Assembly (NCBI RefSeq): GCF_001194135.2
Contig: NC_068989.1
Coordinates: forward strand, 27,136,914 to 27,188,900
Length of the DNA: 51,987 nucleotides
Direction: 5' to 3'
Origin: Octopus bimaculoides
Lineage: Eukaryota
Made by a program: the position numbers and the translations under genes. Positions within the stretch are counted from its first letter, which is position 1. The number at the start of each line of letters is the position of its first letter. The notes beneath the pieces were generated by a model. The model was given only the letters and a program-made list of their open reading frames with translations. It made no database searches and had not been told where the DNA came from. Positions 26,067 through 37,644 of the stretch are shown here, piece by piece.

Positions 26067-26416
26067 ATGCTGGAGCACCACCTTTTAGTCGAACAAATCG
26101 ACCCCAGGACTTATTCTTGTACGCCTAGTACTTATTCTATCGGTCTTATTTGCCGAATAGCTAAGTTACGTGGACATAAACACAGTAACATCGGTTGTCA
26201 AGCGATGGTGCGGGGACAAACACAGACAGACAAACACGCACGTACACACGCAGATACATATATACGACGGGCCTCTTTCAGTTTCCGTCTATGAAATCCT
26301 CTCAGAAGGGCCCGGTCGGCCGGAGGCTATAGTAGAAGACATTTTTCCAAGGTGCCAAGCAGTGGGACTGAACCCGCAACCATGAGGTTGGCAAGCAAGT
26401 TTCTCACCACACAACC

Positions 26417-26418
<2 letters not shown>
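26067..26418 (-). mobile_element. SINE family A, near full length
   Basis: Contains the tRNA-like head (gggttcagtccc B-box on the minus strand), a cttggaaa CORE-like block, an internal CA/TA tract and the 3' gtcgatttgttcgactaaaagg..gctccagcat block. Confidence 0.88.
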
Positions 26419-26454
<36 letters not shown>

Positions 26455-26549
26455 NNNNNNNNNNNNNNNNNNNNNNNNNNNNNNNNNNNNNNNNNNNNNN
26501 NNNNNNNNNNNNNNNNNNNNNNNNNNNNNNNNNNNNNNNNNNNNNNNNN
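26455..26549. other. Assembly gap within (TC)n/(GA)n
   Basis: N run. Confidence 0.99.
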
Positions 26550-26594
26550 AGAGAGAGAGAGAGAGGTAGGTAGATAGATAGATAGATACATACA

Positions 26595-26625
<31 letters not shown>

Positions 26626-26806
26626 CTACATATATACAGGTTATGAGAGGTAATGGTGTTAATAAGACCCAAAGGTGTCAGGTAATGCTGAGTAAGTGCT
26701 ATGGACAGACTATAGTTAAGCACCAGGTTCGGTGATTATGCGAATGAGGAGTGCAACGAAGGTCATATATCAGCATGTGTATATATAAAACATTTTCATA
26801 ATTCGA

Positions 26807-26886
26807 TAAAAATCTAAGGCTGCGAAAGATTTTTCGAACCTTCTATTTATAAATATTCTAAAATCTTTCTCAGCCTTGGATTTTTA
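26807..26886. repeat. 80-nt hairpin with 27-bp inverted repeat
   Basis: TAAAAATCTAAGGCTGCGAAAGATTTT (26807-26833) versus AAAATCTTTCTCAGCCTTGGATTTTTA (26860-26886), with two differences. Confidence 0.9.
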
Positions 26887-28996
26887 TTTCATTCTGAAAC
26901 TTATTTTATATATATATACGGTATATATATTTATATACTTGCTGTTGTGGTGAGAGTCATTCTTGTAAAATTGAAAGAATGGATTAGCCGAACTATTTTT
27001 AAAATCAGCTTATTGGTTGAGACGGGAGAACAGTTGTAGGAGCCATTGGGATTCCGTGGAAGTCGTTGAGATTGTTTAGAATTTGAATTTATTGGACTAT
27101 CGTGTTTAGTGGAATAATTTCAAGTACGTCGTGTGAAGAGCGTTGTGCCTATCCCCCATACCATTCTCGAGTAAGTGAACTGAATATAATTTGTAATTAA
27201 ATGTATAACACTAATGAGATAAATTCATTAGCATTAATAAAATTTAGTCCCAGAAGAAAAAATTGAACAAAGCATCCTGAAATTTCAATCAAAAATTTAT
27301 TGAGATATTTTGTTATGGGAAAAGTGTGCCTGATCTTTGATAGTCATGGTTTTAAACACTGGTAATGTGTCGATTGTCAATGGCTGTCAAGTATTTACAA
27401 TGTGTGCAAGTGCCTTTTTGTCTGAAGCATATTCCTGTTTTGGCAAATTCATATGATGGCCTTGAAACCTTTCTCTGTGGAGACTTCTACAAGAATACCT
27501 TAACGTTAAATAGAGATTATCGTAATTATGATGGTGAATCATAAATTATTCGTAAATAATTTCAATTATAACGCTAATGAGAGTTAATGTCATTTCCTTT
27601 AATCAAATTCACGATCTTTTTTACTGGAAAAACTTAAATTCGTATATGAAGCCAGAATAGGTTGCGTCTTTGACAGCTATGGTAAAATTTTAAATATTTT
27701 TTCCATCTGCTTGGAACAATTTAACGAACAAATCCCATCCAATCACCGCCAAAGTAAAAGAATGACCAATAGAAATTATTTAGTATTTGGAAAATATTCA
27801 CTGAGTATTAAATCAATGGATATAAATACTTTTTCAAGGGCGCAATCTGCATAAAGAACTTATCCCTAAACCAGATATCTATAGTCGATTTAGTACGTAT
27901 AATAATTTGTTTAATTAAAATGAAGACCATAGCCTAAAATAGTTACTAAGTGTGTCAGTACAACTTCACGTGGTTATACCGCCTCCAAGAAATATCCAAT
28001 GATGCAGATATGCTTTTATCTACTTGGAGTAATTTTTACAGCGATGTAGCGCTCATCTTATTAATCAACCAAACGATTACAAAATGACATTTCTCTGAAA
28101 ATGACTACATATACTTTCTGCTGAAATTATATTGTTCTAGTGCTTTTCTTCTTTCTAAAACACTAGCAAGATTATTACTATATCACGCTCAAACACATGC
28201 ACGCACCCATAACAAAACAAGTATATTCTGTATTTTAATAAATATAGCGGGAGTATTTTGTGCGTCGTCCTTTGAGCTACTAAAATTATCAGCCACTGCT
28301 CCATAAAATTGTACCTTACACTTATAAAAAGGAAGTACTATAGATCTTCGTAAAATATACACTGTCCTTAAATATAATGACAAATTTGTTACGGTTGAAA
28401 CAATTTTCATCATTTGTTCAATCCTTTGTAGTCAACATGGGGTTAAAAAATAACACTAAAATTAATAGATTAAGAGGTAATATGTTGAATTATTTGCAAG
28501 CTTCTCCACTCAACAATACTGGCAATAATAATCACGATAACATATTCATTGACCTCAACATGGGCAGTATGAATCAAACAAATGAAAACAAACGATGATT
28601 TCTTCTGCTACATGAACACTAATTCTCGCATACACTGTGTGCTTGCCAGATGGTTTTAAGCCAGCAGCAGAATAAACATTTGTCAGTTGTACAATTGACA
28701 ACAATTATTAGGATTTAAACTGTGTAACTATGCCTTTGATAGTTTGCTCCAAGCAGCTGCGTAGCAAAACACGTCATTTCCTGAACGTAACATTTAGTTA
28801 AAATTTCCCCTAGTTTAGTGGTTCTCATGATAAAAATCAAAGCGATATAAGAAAGGAAGCCGCAGGTTCCTTTGTAAAGTTTAAATCAATACTACAACAT
28901 AGATACAATGTTTCACACTCTATCTTACAGATTGGCTGGTTGATATCGACAATCGGAAAAACACTAGAAGACTAATGTAACCATTACAAATTTTAG

Positions 28997-29039
<43 letters not shown>

Positions 29040-29521
29040 NNNNNNNNNNNNNNNNNNNNNNNNNNNNNNNNNNNNNNNNNNNNNNNNNNNNNNNNNNNNN
29101 NNNNNNNNNNNNNNNNNNNNNNNNNNNNNNNNNNNNNNNNNNNNNNNNNNNNNNNNNNNNNNNNNNNNNNNNNNNNNNNNNNNNNNNNNNNNNNNNNNNN
29201 NNNNNNNNNNNNNNNNNNNNNNNNNNNNNNNNNNNNNNNNNNNNNNNNNNNNNNNNNNNNNNNNNNNNNNNNNNNNNNNNNNNNNNNNNNNNNNNNNNNN
29301 NNNNNNNNNNNNNNNNNNNNNNNNNNNNNNNNNNNNNNNNNNNNNNNNNNNNNNNNNNNNNNNNNNNNNNNNNNNNNNNNNNNNNNNNNNNNNNNNNNNN
29401 NNNNNNNNNNNNNNNNNNNNNNNNNNNNNNNNNNNNNNNNNNNNNNNNNNNNNNNNNNNNNNNNNNNNNNNNNNNNNNNNNNNNNNNNNNNNNNNNNNNN
29501 NNNNNNNNNNNNNNNNNNNNN
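29040..29521. other. Assembly gap flanked by (TA)n
   Basis: N run. Confidence 0.99.
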
Positions 29522-29574
<53 letters not shown>

Positions 29575-29659
29575 GTATATGCATGTATATATAGATATGT
29601 ATGCATGTATGTATATATATATATATATATATATATACATACATATACATAGTGTACAT

Positions 29660-29900
29660 ATTCTTTTATTCCTTTATTATTTACTTGTTTCAGTCTTTCA
29701 CTGCGGCCATGCTGGAGCGACGCCTTGTGTCGAAGAAAACAATCACAAGACTTATTTTTTGTAAGCCTAGTATTTATTCTATTGGTCTCTTTTTCCGAAC
29801 CGCTAATAAACGGGGACGTAAATACACCAATATCGGTTGTCAAGAGATAGTGGAGAGAGAAACACATACACAAATACATACACACAAACACACACACACA

Positions 29901-29963
<63 letters not shown>

Positions 29964-30103
29964 GTACAATGGGCTTCTTTCAGTTTCCGTCTACGAAATA
30001 AACTAACAAGGCTTTAGTCGGTCCGAGCCTTTAGTAGAAGACATGGCCAAGATGCCACGTAGTGTGACTGAACTGGAGGGCATGTGGTTGGTAAGCGAGC
30101 TTC
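29660..30103 (-). mobile_element. SINE family A with internal (CA)n expansion; 5' head cut by the fold-back element
   Basis: All family A blocks are present. Homology stops abruptly at ggtaagcgagcttc, where the palindrome at 30104 begins. Confidence 0.85.
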
Positions 30104-30308
30104 TGTTATTGGGATTTCGATCAATAGATTCGTGGGCATTCGATTTCAGATAGTGCAAGAAGAACATAACGTATATTTATGATGGAAAACGCGTGGTATT
30201 TATATGCACATAAAGAAATAATACTTGAGGATAAAACCAGTACAATAGCAGGATATAAGATATACTACCTTAATTAGCCCTTACTTGAGTTAAAATTATA
30301 ATTAGACA

Positions 30309-30392
30309 AGAACTACACGTGTTTCTTTATTGGAAGATCAAAATATATATAATCATCATATTTATAATTCTACCAACACATCTTCAGGTTCT
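30309..30392 (-). ncRNA. Type I hammerhead ribozyme motif (left arm)
   Basis: Minus strand reads AGAAC-CTGAAGA-TGTGTTGG...CCAATAAA-GAAAC-ACGT-GTA-GTTCT. Stem I is 5 bp and loop III is palindromic; the base of stem II is weakened. Confidence 0.65.
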
Positions 30393-30788
30393 GTTTTCCA
30401 AATAATGTTCAGCTATTTTAAATCACCATAAAAATTAAGCGTTAAATTAAAAATAAACTTTACAAAATTAAGAAATAAAAATAATAAATTATAAATTATA
30501 GATATAAATTAGCTTACATATATCAAACTTAGAATGATATCTTGACCCTATCACAAGTGGATAGTCATCTTTATTTTTTTACATTTAATCACAGACTCTT
30601 CATTCTCATTTATAATTTTATATTTAACATTCTATATTTGACATTCTAAGTTTGATATATAAGTATGTTAATATATATTTATAATTTATAATTCTTAATT
30701 TTGCAAAGTTTATTTTAAATTTTAAATTTTTAATTTAACGCTTAATTCTTTTGGTGATTTAAAATAGCTGAACAATATTTTAAAAAAT

Positions 30789-30870
30789 GAACCTGAAGAT
30801 GTGTTGGTAGAATTATAAATATAATGATTATATATATTCTGATATTCCAATCCAGAAACACGTGTAGTTC
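30789..30870 (+). ncRNA. Type I hammerhead ribozyme motif (right arm)
   Basis: GAAC(30789)-CTGAAGA(30793-30799)-stem II TGTGTTGG/CCAATCCA-GAAAC(30855-30859)-ACGT-GTA(30864-30866)-GTTC. All conserved core nucleotides are present. Confidence 0.75.
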
Positions 30871-31299
30871 TTTTCTAACTATAATTTAAACTCAAGTAAG
30901 GGCTAATTAAGTTAGTATATTTTATACCCTGCTATTGTACTGGTTTTATCCTAAAGTATTATTTCTTTATGTGCATATATAAATACCACGCGTTTTCCAT
31001 TATAAAACTTCGTTATGTTCTTCTTGCATTATCTGAAATCGAATACCCAAAACTCTATTGAATGTAATCCCAATAACTGACATATTATTAGTTTCTATTA
31101 TATATTTTGTATATTTCTATATAAATATATAGAAATATATTATAATCAGGACCCCACTGCACGATATGCTAATGTGGAATACGCGGTATATATTCTCCAT
31201 ATTAAAATGCATGTAATGCTAAAGGGTATGTACCTGATCGATTTGGAAATTCGTTTTCCTACATTATTCAAATATATACATATATATATACATGTATGT

Positions 31300-31309
31300 G
31301 TATGTATGT

Positions 31310-31357
<48 letters not shown>

Positions 31358-31378
31358 GTATGTNNNNNNNNNNATATA

Positions 31379-31414
<36 letters not shown>

Positions 31415-31516
31415 TATATATATATGTGTGTGTCTGTGTGTGTCTGTGTGTGTTTGTGTATGTATATATTATACATATATAGTGAGAGATAAAGAGAGAG
31501 AGAGAGAGAGAGAGAG

Positions 31517-31590
<74 letters not shown>
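31300..31590. repeat. Compound (TA)/(TATG)/(GA)/(TG) microsatellite with a 10-N gap
   Basis: Read directly from the sequence; N at 31364-31373. Confidence 0.95.
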
Positions 31591-31594
<4 letters not shown>

Positions 31595-31699
31595 TGCTAA
31601 ATTTGAGGAAAATTGTGTTTCCTTATTTCAGGAACATCTTGTGTAAACAGTCAGCGGCGTTAGAAAGCATATAAAGACAAACGTTGTAATGGAGGAAAC

Positions 31700-32370
31700 G
31701 TTAGCTGACTTGGAATATGGGAACCATTTAAATGTTGGAAGAGAATTACATATATCATGATTTCTTGCGCCAGATATCAAAGTAACGACGTCATGAATAC
31801 TGAGCAATGTTCTGCGAACAATATCATTCTAGCATCCGAACGCTGGAATTCATATCCACATGCTTGAACAGGGCCATCTGGTGGATTCAGACAGCTATGA
31901 GAAGATGTTGGAAACTGTAGTAAATCCAGGGCTAGAGATGGTTGTGTGTGTGATGGGACATACGTACAGAAGAAGAATTCGGCTAACTACGTACCGCATG
32001 AAAGACTTAGAAGTGGTTGTGGGAGAATTTCTGAGACTTTTCTTAACACAATGTCTTGCCTTCTAATTTCCCGATTGTAATCCCATGTACTAATATGTAC
32101 CGGGTTTGGCTGAGAAAGACCCCATCTAATCTGGCTGCAACATCATGAGCGAGCTGTTCAACCAAATCAAGGAGGATTTCGAACCTTTTCCCAGGGACAC
32201 AGTAAGGAACGCACATACCAGATTCCGAAGCTCCTGGCCTGTTTTCAGACCGTGGTGGAAGCTGCGGGCGCCTACTTTGAGTAAGTTGATATCTTCTAGC
32301 CATAACCTAGATGATATATATTGAACTTCATTTATACAAACTATCAAATTTAGTTCGAACTCCCTTTGTG
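31700..32370 (+). mobile_element. Tc1/mariner (maT/DD37D-like) relic, 3' half
   Basis: Reads VDSDSYEKMLETVVNPGL, KWLWENF, PDCNPMY*YV and VRNAHTRFRS...VVEAAGAYFE*. Homologous to the next copy. Confidence 0.75.
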
Positions 32371-32378
32371 TGTGTATG

Positions 32379-32411
<33 letters not shown>

Positions 32412-32903
32412 NNNNNNNNNNNNNNNNNNNNNNNNNNNNNNNNNNNNNNNNNNNNNNNNNNNNNNNNNNNNNNNNNNNNNNNNNNNNNNNNNNNNNNNNN
32501 NNNNNNNNNNNNNNNNNNNNNNNNNNNNNNNNNNNNNNNNNNNNNNNNNNNNNNNNNNNNNNNNNNNNNNNNNNNNNNNNNNNNNNNNNNNNNNNNNNNN
32601 NNNNNNNNNNNNNNNNNNNNNNNNNNNNNNNNNNNNNNNNNNNNNNNNNNNNNNNNNNNNNNNNNNNNNNNNNNNNNNNNNNNNNNNNNNNNNNNNNNNN
32701 NNNNNNNNNNNNNNNNNNNNNNNNNNNNNNNNNNNNNNNNNNNNNNNNNNNNNNNNNNNNNNNNNNNNNNNNNNNNNNNNNNNNNNNNNNNNNNNNNNNN
32801 NNNNNNNNNNNNNNNNNNNNNNNNNNNNNNNNNNNNNNNNNNNNNNNNNNNNNNNNNNNNNNNNNNNNNNNNNNNNNNNNNNNNNNNNNNNNNNNNNNNN
32901 NNN
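32412..32903. other. Assembly gap flanked by (TA)n
   Basis: N run. Confidence 0.99.
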
Positions 32904-32934
<31 letters not shown>

Positions 32935-32967
32935 ATACAACAATACATATATATATATACATACATA

Positions 32968-34254
32968 CGGGCTGCAATGGGTAAATTGTAGCCATTTTAT
33001 ATTTTTATTTCGAGCATGCGCCTTACTTGGTTTTTAATGTTTTCGACTACACAGTATAGTAAAAGCAGTTGGATACAGTCTGTGAGGAAAACACCACCAT
33101 CACGCAATTCGGAAACGCCTTGCTGTGCTGCTTGACATCCTTGCCGGCAGCTACAATACGAAAATTTCAGAGTGTTTGGTTGTCAATGAGAGGATAGTGC
33201 AGAGGATTCGGAAACAGTTGAATGAATTTTATGGTGACTACGAAGGTACCGGAGTTCGAAAAACTGACTCTGATCGTTCTGAGATAAGAGAAGAACTCCT
33301 GATTTTTTTTGGTGAGATCCAGGCCTCGATTGACAACGATCCCCCCAAGTCAATAAGTTCCGTCGCAAGGGACATGGGTGTGTCTGAGTTTGTCATCAGG
33401 GTGGCTGTGCATGAAGTCAATCCGTATTTCTCATACAAGATGAGAATGGGCCAATTTCTATCCCAAGCCATCAAGGACAAGGGGAAAGAGCACGCGTGGA
33501 AGCTTTTTAACAAACTCGAGCATCTCCTCCCACAGAACATCCTTTGGTTTACTTCAGACAACAAAAATTCATGACAGTATTCGATGGTGAACACAGAACA
33601 AACGTTGACAATGTGTGTCCCCAAAACATGTTCCGAAAGTGTTCAAAATCAAACATCCAGCGAACATCATGGTGTTTGGAGTGATCACTATTGATGGTGA
33701 CGTTATGCCTCCATTCATCCTCCCACCTGGCCTCCGACTTAACAAGGAGTCCTACATCAAGTGGCTGGAGGAGGTAGCGCTACCGTGGGTTAAGAGGGAA
33801 GCTGCTGGAAGACCCTATGTCTAGCAACAAGTCTCTGCACCATGCCTAACAAGCAGCAGAACCCAGTTGTGGTTGTCAGACAATTTCTGCGGTCACATCA
33901 TCCCTAACATCTGCCCCATTAAATCCCCAGACTAGAAACCCCTTGATTATTATGTGTGTTTTGCTGTTCAGCGAGAGACCAACAAAACCCCTTGTAACAC
34001 CAAAGATGAGCTGAAGGCAATGGTCATGACAGCATTCAAGGAGATCGACCAGAACAGTTGCAGCAGATTCCAAAGTTGCAGCAGATACCGGAGGCCGTGG
34101 TTGAATCCAATTGCGATTTTATTGAATATATTTACTCGGTAGTATCTCAATATATTTTTATGTAATTATGGTAAATATAGCTTTCAAAATGTGATACCAG
34201 TATTATTTTCCTTTTGGGGTAAATTAGACGTCAATTTATTCACTGCACCCTCCG
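32968..34254 (+). mobile_element. Near full-length maT (DD37D) Tc1/mariner transposon, inactivated
   Basis: Length ~1.29 kb. Degenerate TIRs cgggctgcaatgggtaaattg and caatttattcactgcaccctccg, with TA on the left. Transposase fragments include WFTSDNKN, HPANIMVFGVITIDGDVMPP and QQV(D)SAP...SPD*KPLDYYV, with exactly 37 residues between the second and third catalytic positions. Confidence 0.88.
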
Positions 34255-34413
34255 TTTTTCCCTTCTTTGAACTTTCCTTGTTTCCGACGAAGAGCTCCGC
34301 CCGAAACGTCATATTCTCTCTCTTTCCTTTCCCGAGCGTCTAGTAACACTATCTGTATCACGTCCTCACGTTGTTTTTTTTGTTATTGTTTTTTGTCCTT
34401 TTCCTTTTTAGAA

Positions 34414-34457
<44 letters not shown>

Positions 34458-34800
34458 CAAAGGTACAGAAATGGCGTAATCCGAATGAATAAATTAGGGT
34501 AATCCAATGGTAGAAAGGAATCCACGAATTCGGTACTCCAAACCAGTAGGAAGGAGAGGTGGCAGTGTGAGTGTGCAGTAATTTTTTTTCAAAAATGTAA
34601 CTGCACATGGACCGTTTGTGATCTTTCCGCCTCCTGCTATTTCCTTTGGACTTTCTTGTTTCCGATGAAGAACTATGCTCGAAACGTAGAACTACCACTC
34701 TTTTTCCTCTCGAAGCATCTTATTAATACTTTGCAGATGCTACGTCCTCGGATTCTTATTTTATCTTGTCTTTTTCTCCATTTGGTTAATAAACTCTATA
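34255..34800 (+). mobile_element. Two diverged direct copies of a PLE-type terminal repeat, each with a minimal hammerhead-like motif
   Basis: ttgtttCCGACGAagagctccgcccGAAACGTC (34284-34310) and ttgtttCCGATGAagaactatgctcGAAACGTA (34662-34688). Each is followed by a similar T-rich tract containing acgtcctc. Confidence 0.6.
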
Positions 34801-37436
34801 CATACACACACACAGACACACAATAAACGTACCGAAAATCTAAGTTTGTCCGTATGTCAAGAAAAATTCGAATCATCCGCATTCACTACAAACGGAATAA
34901 GGAAAAGTGTGTCGCTGAGAGTATCAAGACCTTCTGCAATTGAAGGTATAATTCAACTCCAGTGGAGATTATTATAACGCACAATTAGTTACTGAAGGAT
35001 ATACTGAAAAAGGAATAAATATAGTCCTGAGAATAGTTTACTTAATCATTATCAGAATTGAATTAAGAATACCAAAAATGTATAGAGCTAGAAGTATACA
35101 AAACATGAAGAAAATTCGTGTGATAATATCGAAATTACAGAAAAGAAAGGCTTATATTTAAATTGCATTCGAAACCTCAAATAATAATTACTGAAAATAA
35201 AAATAGAAATAAAGATACTATATTACTAATAGGAATGAAAAAATCACTTCAGTTCTAGCCTGCATGACTCTATCACGTACTATTACAATTAACTAAACCG
35301 AATAAGTTTAAAACTAGTAGTATTTTGTGGTATAATCTGGTATTCGGTTTAAATGTATCCTCTAACATTGCCGAGGAATTTTTTTTCTCGTGGATAAGAT
35401 AGCTAATACAAAATATTTAATAGGTACATGGTGAAATTGTCCTCTGCAACAACCTAGAATACCATATTTATAAATGTAATAATAGGAAGCTAAATGAAGC
35501 AATCACAAATACTAAAAATATGACCCAAGATAACATGAGTCCCGCAAACAGGGATAACTATAAGGATAGAAGTTATAACCAAAGTAGTCCAAATGATTCT
35601 AATATAAGTATTAATATCAGCCTTAATAATGTATAATCCAAATAACGACGTAAATGTTGTGAGCACTAATGATGATGACAGTGGGGATAAAAGCAGAGAC
35701 GACAATGAATATAACAATAATAACGATAATAACAGCAAAACGTCACTAAGAAGAAAATATGAAAAAGACCGTGAGAAGTAGTAACCTTAGTAGTACAGTG
35801 AAGAAATTTAATTGTAGATATAGGAAAGCATAATCTCTAGCAAAGGGTTTTGCGTAGAAGCATTCCATCCAAAATTACTGTCAGAACGAGTGAACATGTA
35901 TATGCAACGAGCAACCACTTCAAAAATCTTTGGAGAAACCACATTTTATCATTTAAATCATCTGCAAAAACAATGAATATCACCCACTGAGCTGATCTGG
36001 AGCTCCATACGGCATGAGATCGTTAGTGATATGGAATGCATACACATACGATACATACTGAGAATCGTGTAACCTACGGTTGAAAGGGACTGTGTGCATC
36101 ATATTATTCAATGATACCATCATTACCAATCAGTCTGATATTGGTCCAAAATGTAACCAGAGATGTTCTGAAATTCGGCAGAAATCTCTGATTTTTCAAG
36201 ATTATACCAATCATTTATTCACTTATAAAAGTATTGAGTTTTTTGTGATATCATTGGTAAGATTATACTAATGTCTCTATATATAATGTAATAGTTTCTA
36301 TGTTTGTCGTGGGGTTTCGTTAAATGTGAACCAACTGCAGTTGTTTCACTTTTAACCGAACGATAGGTTATTTATCATTAGGTATATATCATTAGGTGTA
36401 AGTAGAGAATAAATATTCAATATATTTCTATATTAGTATTATTAAACGCTAATAGGCATATAACGGTATACAGAATTATGCAGGCTTGTGTGAGCTAAAA
36501 TTTATAAGTTTATCCCATTGAAATAAATTACTTTTTTAAGTAGAACCTTACAATCCCAAATGAATGGATATAAATAGTAGGTTTAATAAGTAGAGAAACA
36601 TGAATGAGCATATATTTATGAGAGTGAAAAGTGTGAGTGTACACTTGGATAAATATGTCTATATACACATATATGTACATTAGTGTCGAATGAATAAATA
36701 TGTACGTTTAAATAGGTATTTTGCAAGTAAATTTGTAAGTTTAATAGTCTCTCTTAATGACTTTAAAAGCATCAGAGTAAAGATTGGGGTAGTGATATTA
36801 TATATCTAAAATTCAGTCCTTAAGTACTGGTATTCTACTTAGTTAAGGAAGTGAGTATATGCCACTGATTTTCTTTGAAGACGAACGATAACACATACAA
36901 GATACAAGCAAGTGTTAAAGTTTATCCTTTTATGACATTCTTGTCTTTAAATGATTTCTTTGCTTTCCTAAAATTTCAGGCATATACACCTAATACCAAT
37001 TTTGTTTTTATCTTTGAACGATTTGTTTCGGTAGACAGATTTGGATAAGAAACATAGCAGGTGGCAGTGAAGGCTCTGAATTCTGTAGAAATTCTATAGT
37101 TATACGTAAAATTGACAATATCACAGTTCTAACACAACAGTAAGATATAGGATGGATTTGTAATCCTTTAATATACTTGGCAGTATATTAGGGTTGCAAA
37201 AATCAAAGTGTTTCATTACCAGTAATTAATAAGTTTGTGGTTAAAGTTCGAAAGTATATGCGGTTCCTTTAACTTTTATTTTTATTTCCCTTAAATCATT
37301 TTTGTCATTTCTTTTCCTCGTTTGTATATCTTTGACCTTCTTTTGTAGTATCATACTAAAATAGTATTTAAGTATTGGTATAGAAGACGAACTAAAGACG
37401 TCATATCAGTTCTTTGACTGTGGTCTTCCGAGGATG

Positions 37437-37534
37437 CGCATATATGCTGTTATTGTTGAATCATATGAATACACTATTAAGTATACGCATATATGCTGTT
37501 ATTGTTGAATCATATGAATACAATATTGAGTATA
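37437..37534. repeat. 49-bp tandem duplication
   Basis: cgcatatatgctgttattgttgaatcatatgaataca.tatt.agtata occurs at 37437 and 37486. Confidence 0.92.
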
Positions 37535-37644
37535 ATTCAGCAATTAAGAACCAATAATGATGCGTGGAAAAAATTGTAGTTATATGTAATAAATCGTGTT
37601 CAATCCATTATTTTGCTTATATTCTACAGATATTTGCAGATTTC

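Larger units (their letters stand above)
30104..31077. mobile_element. Fold-back element of ~970 bp with ~435-bp arms, probably inverted Penelope-type terminal repeats
   Basis: 30104-30536 is the reverse complement of 30642-31077 with scattered substitutions, around a 105-bp spacer. Each arm carries a hammerhead motif. Confidence 0.9.
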
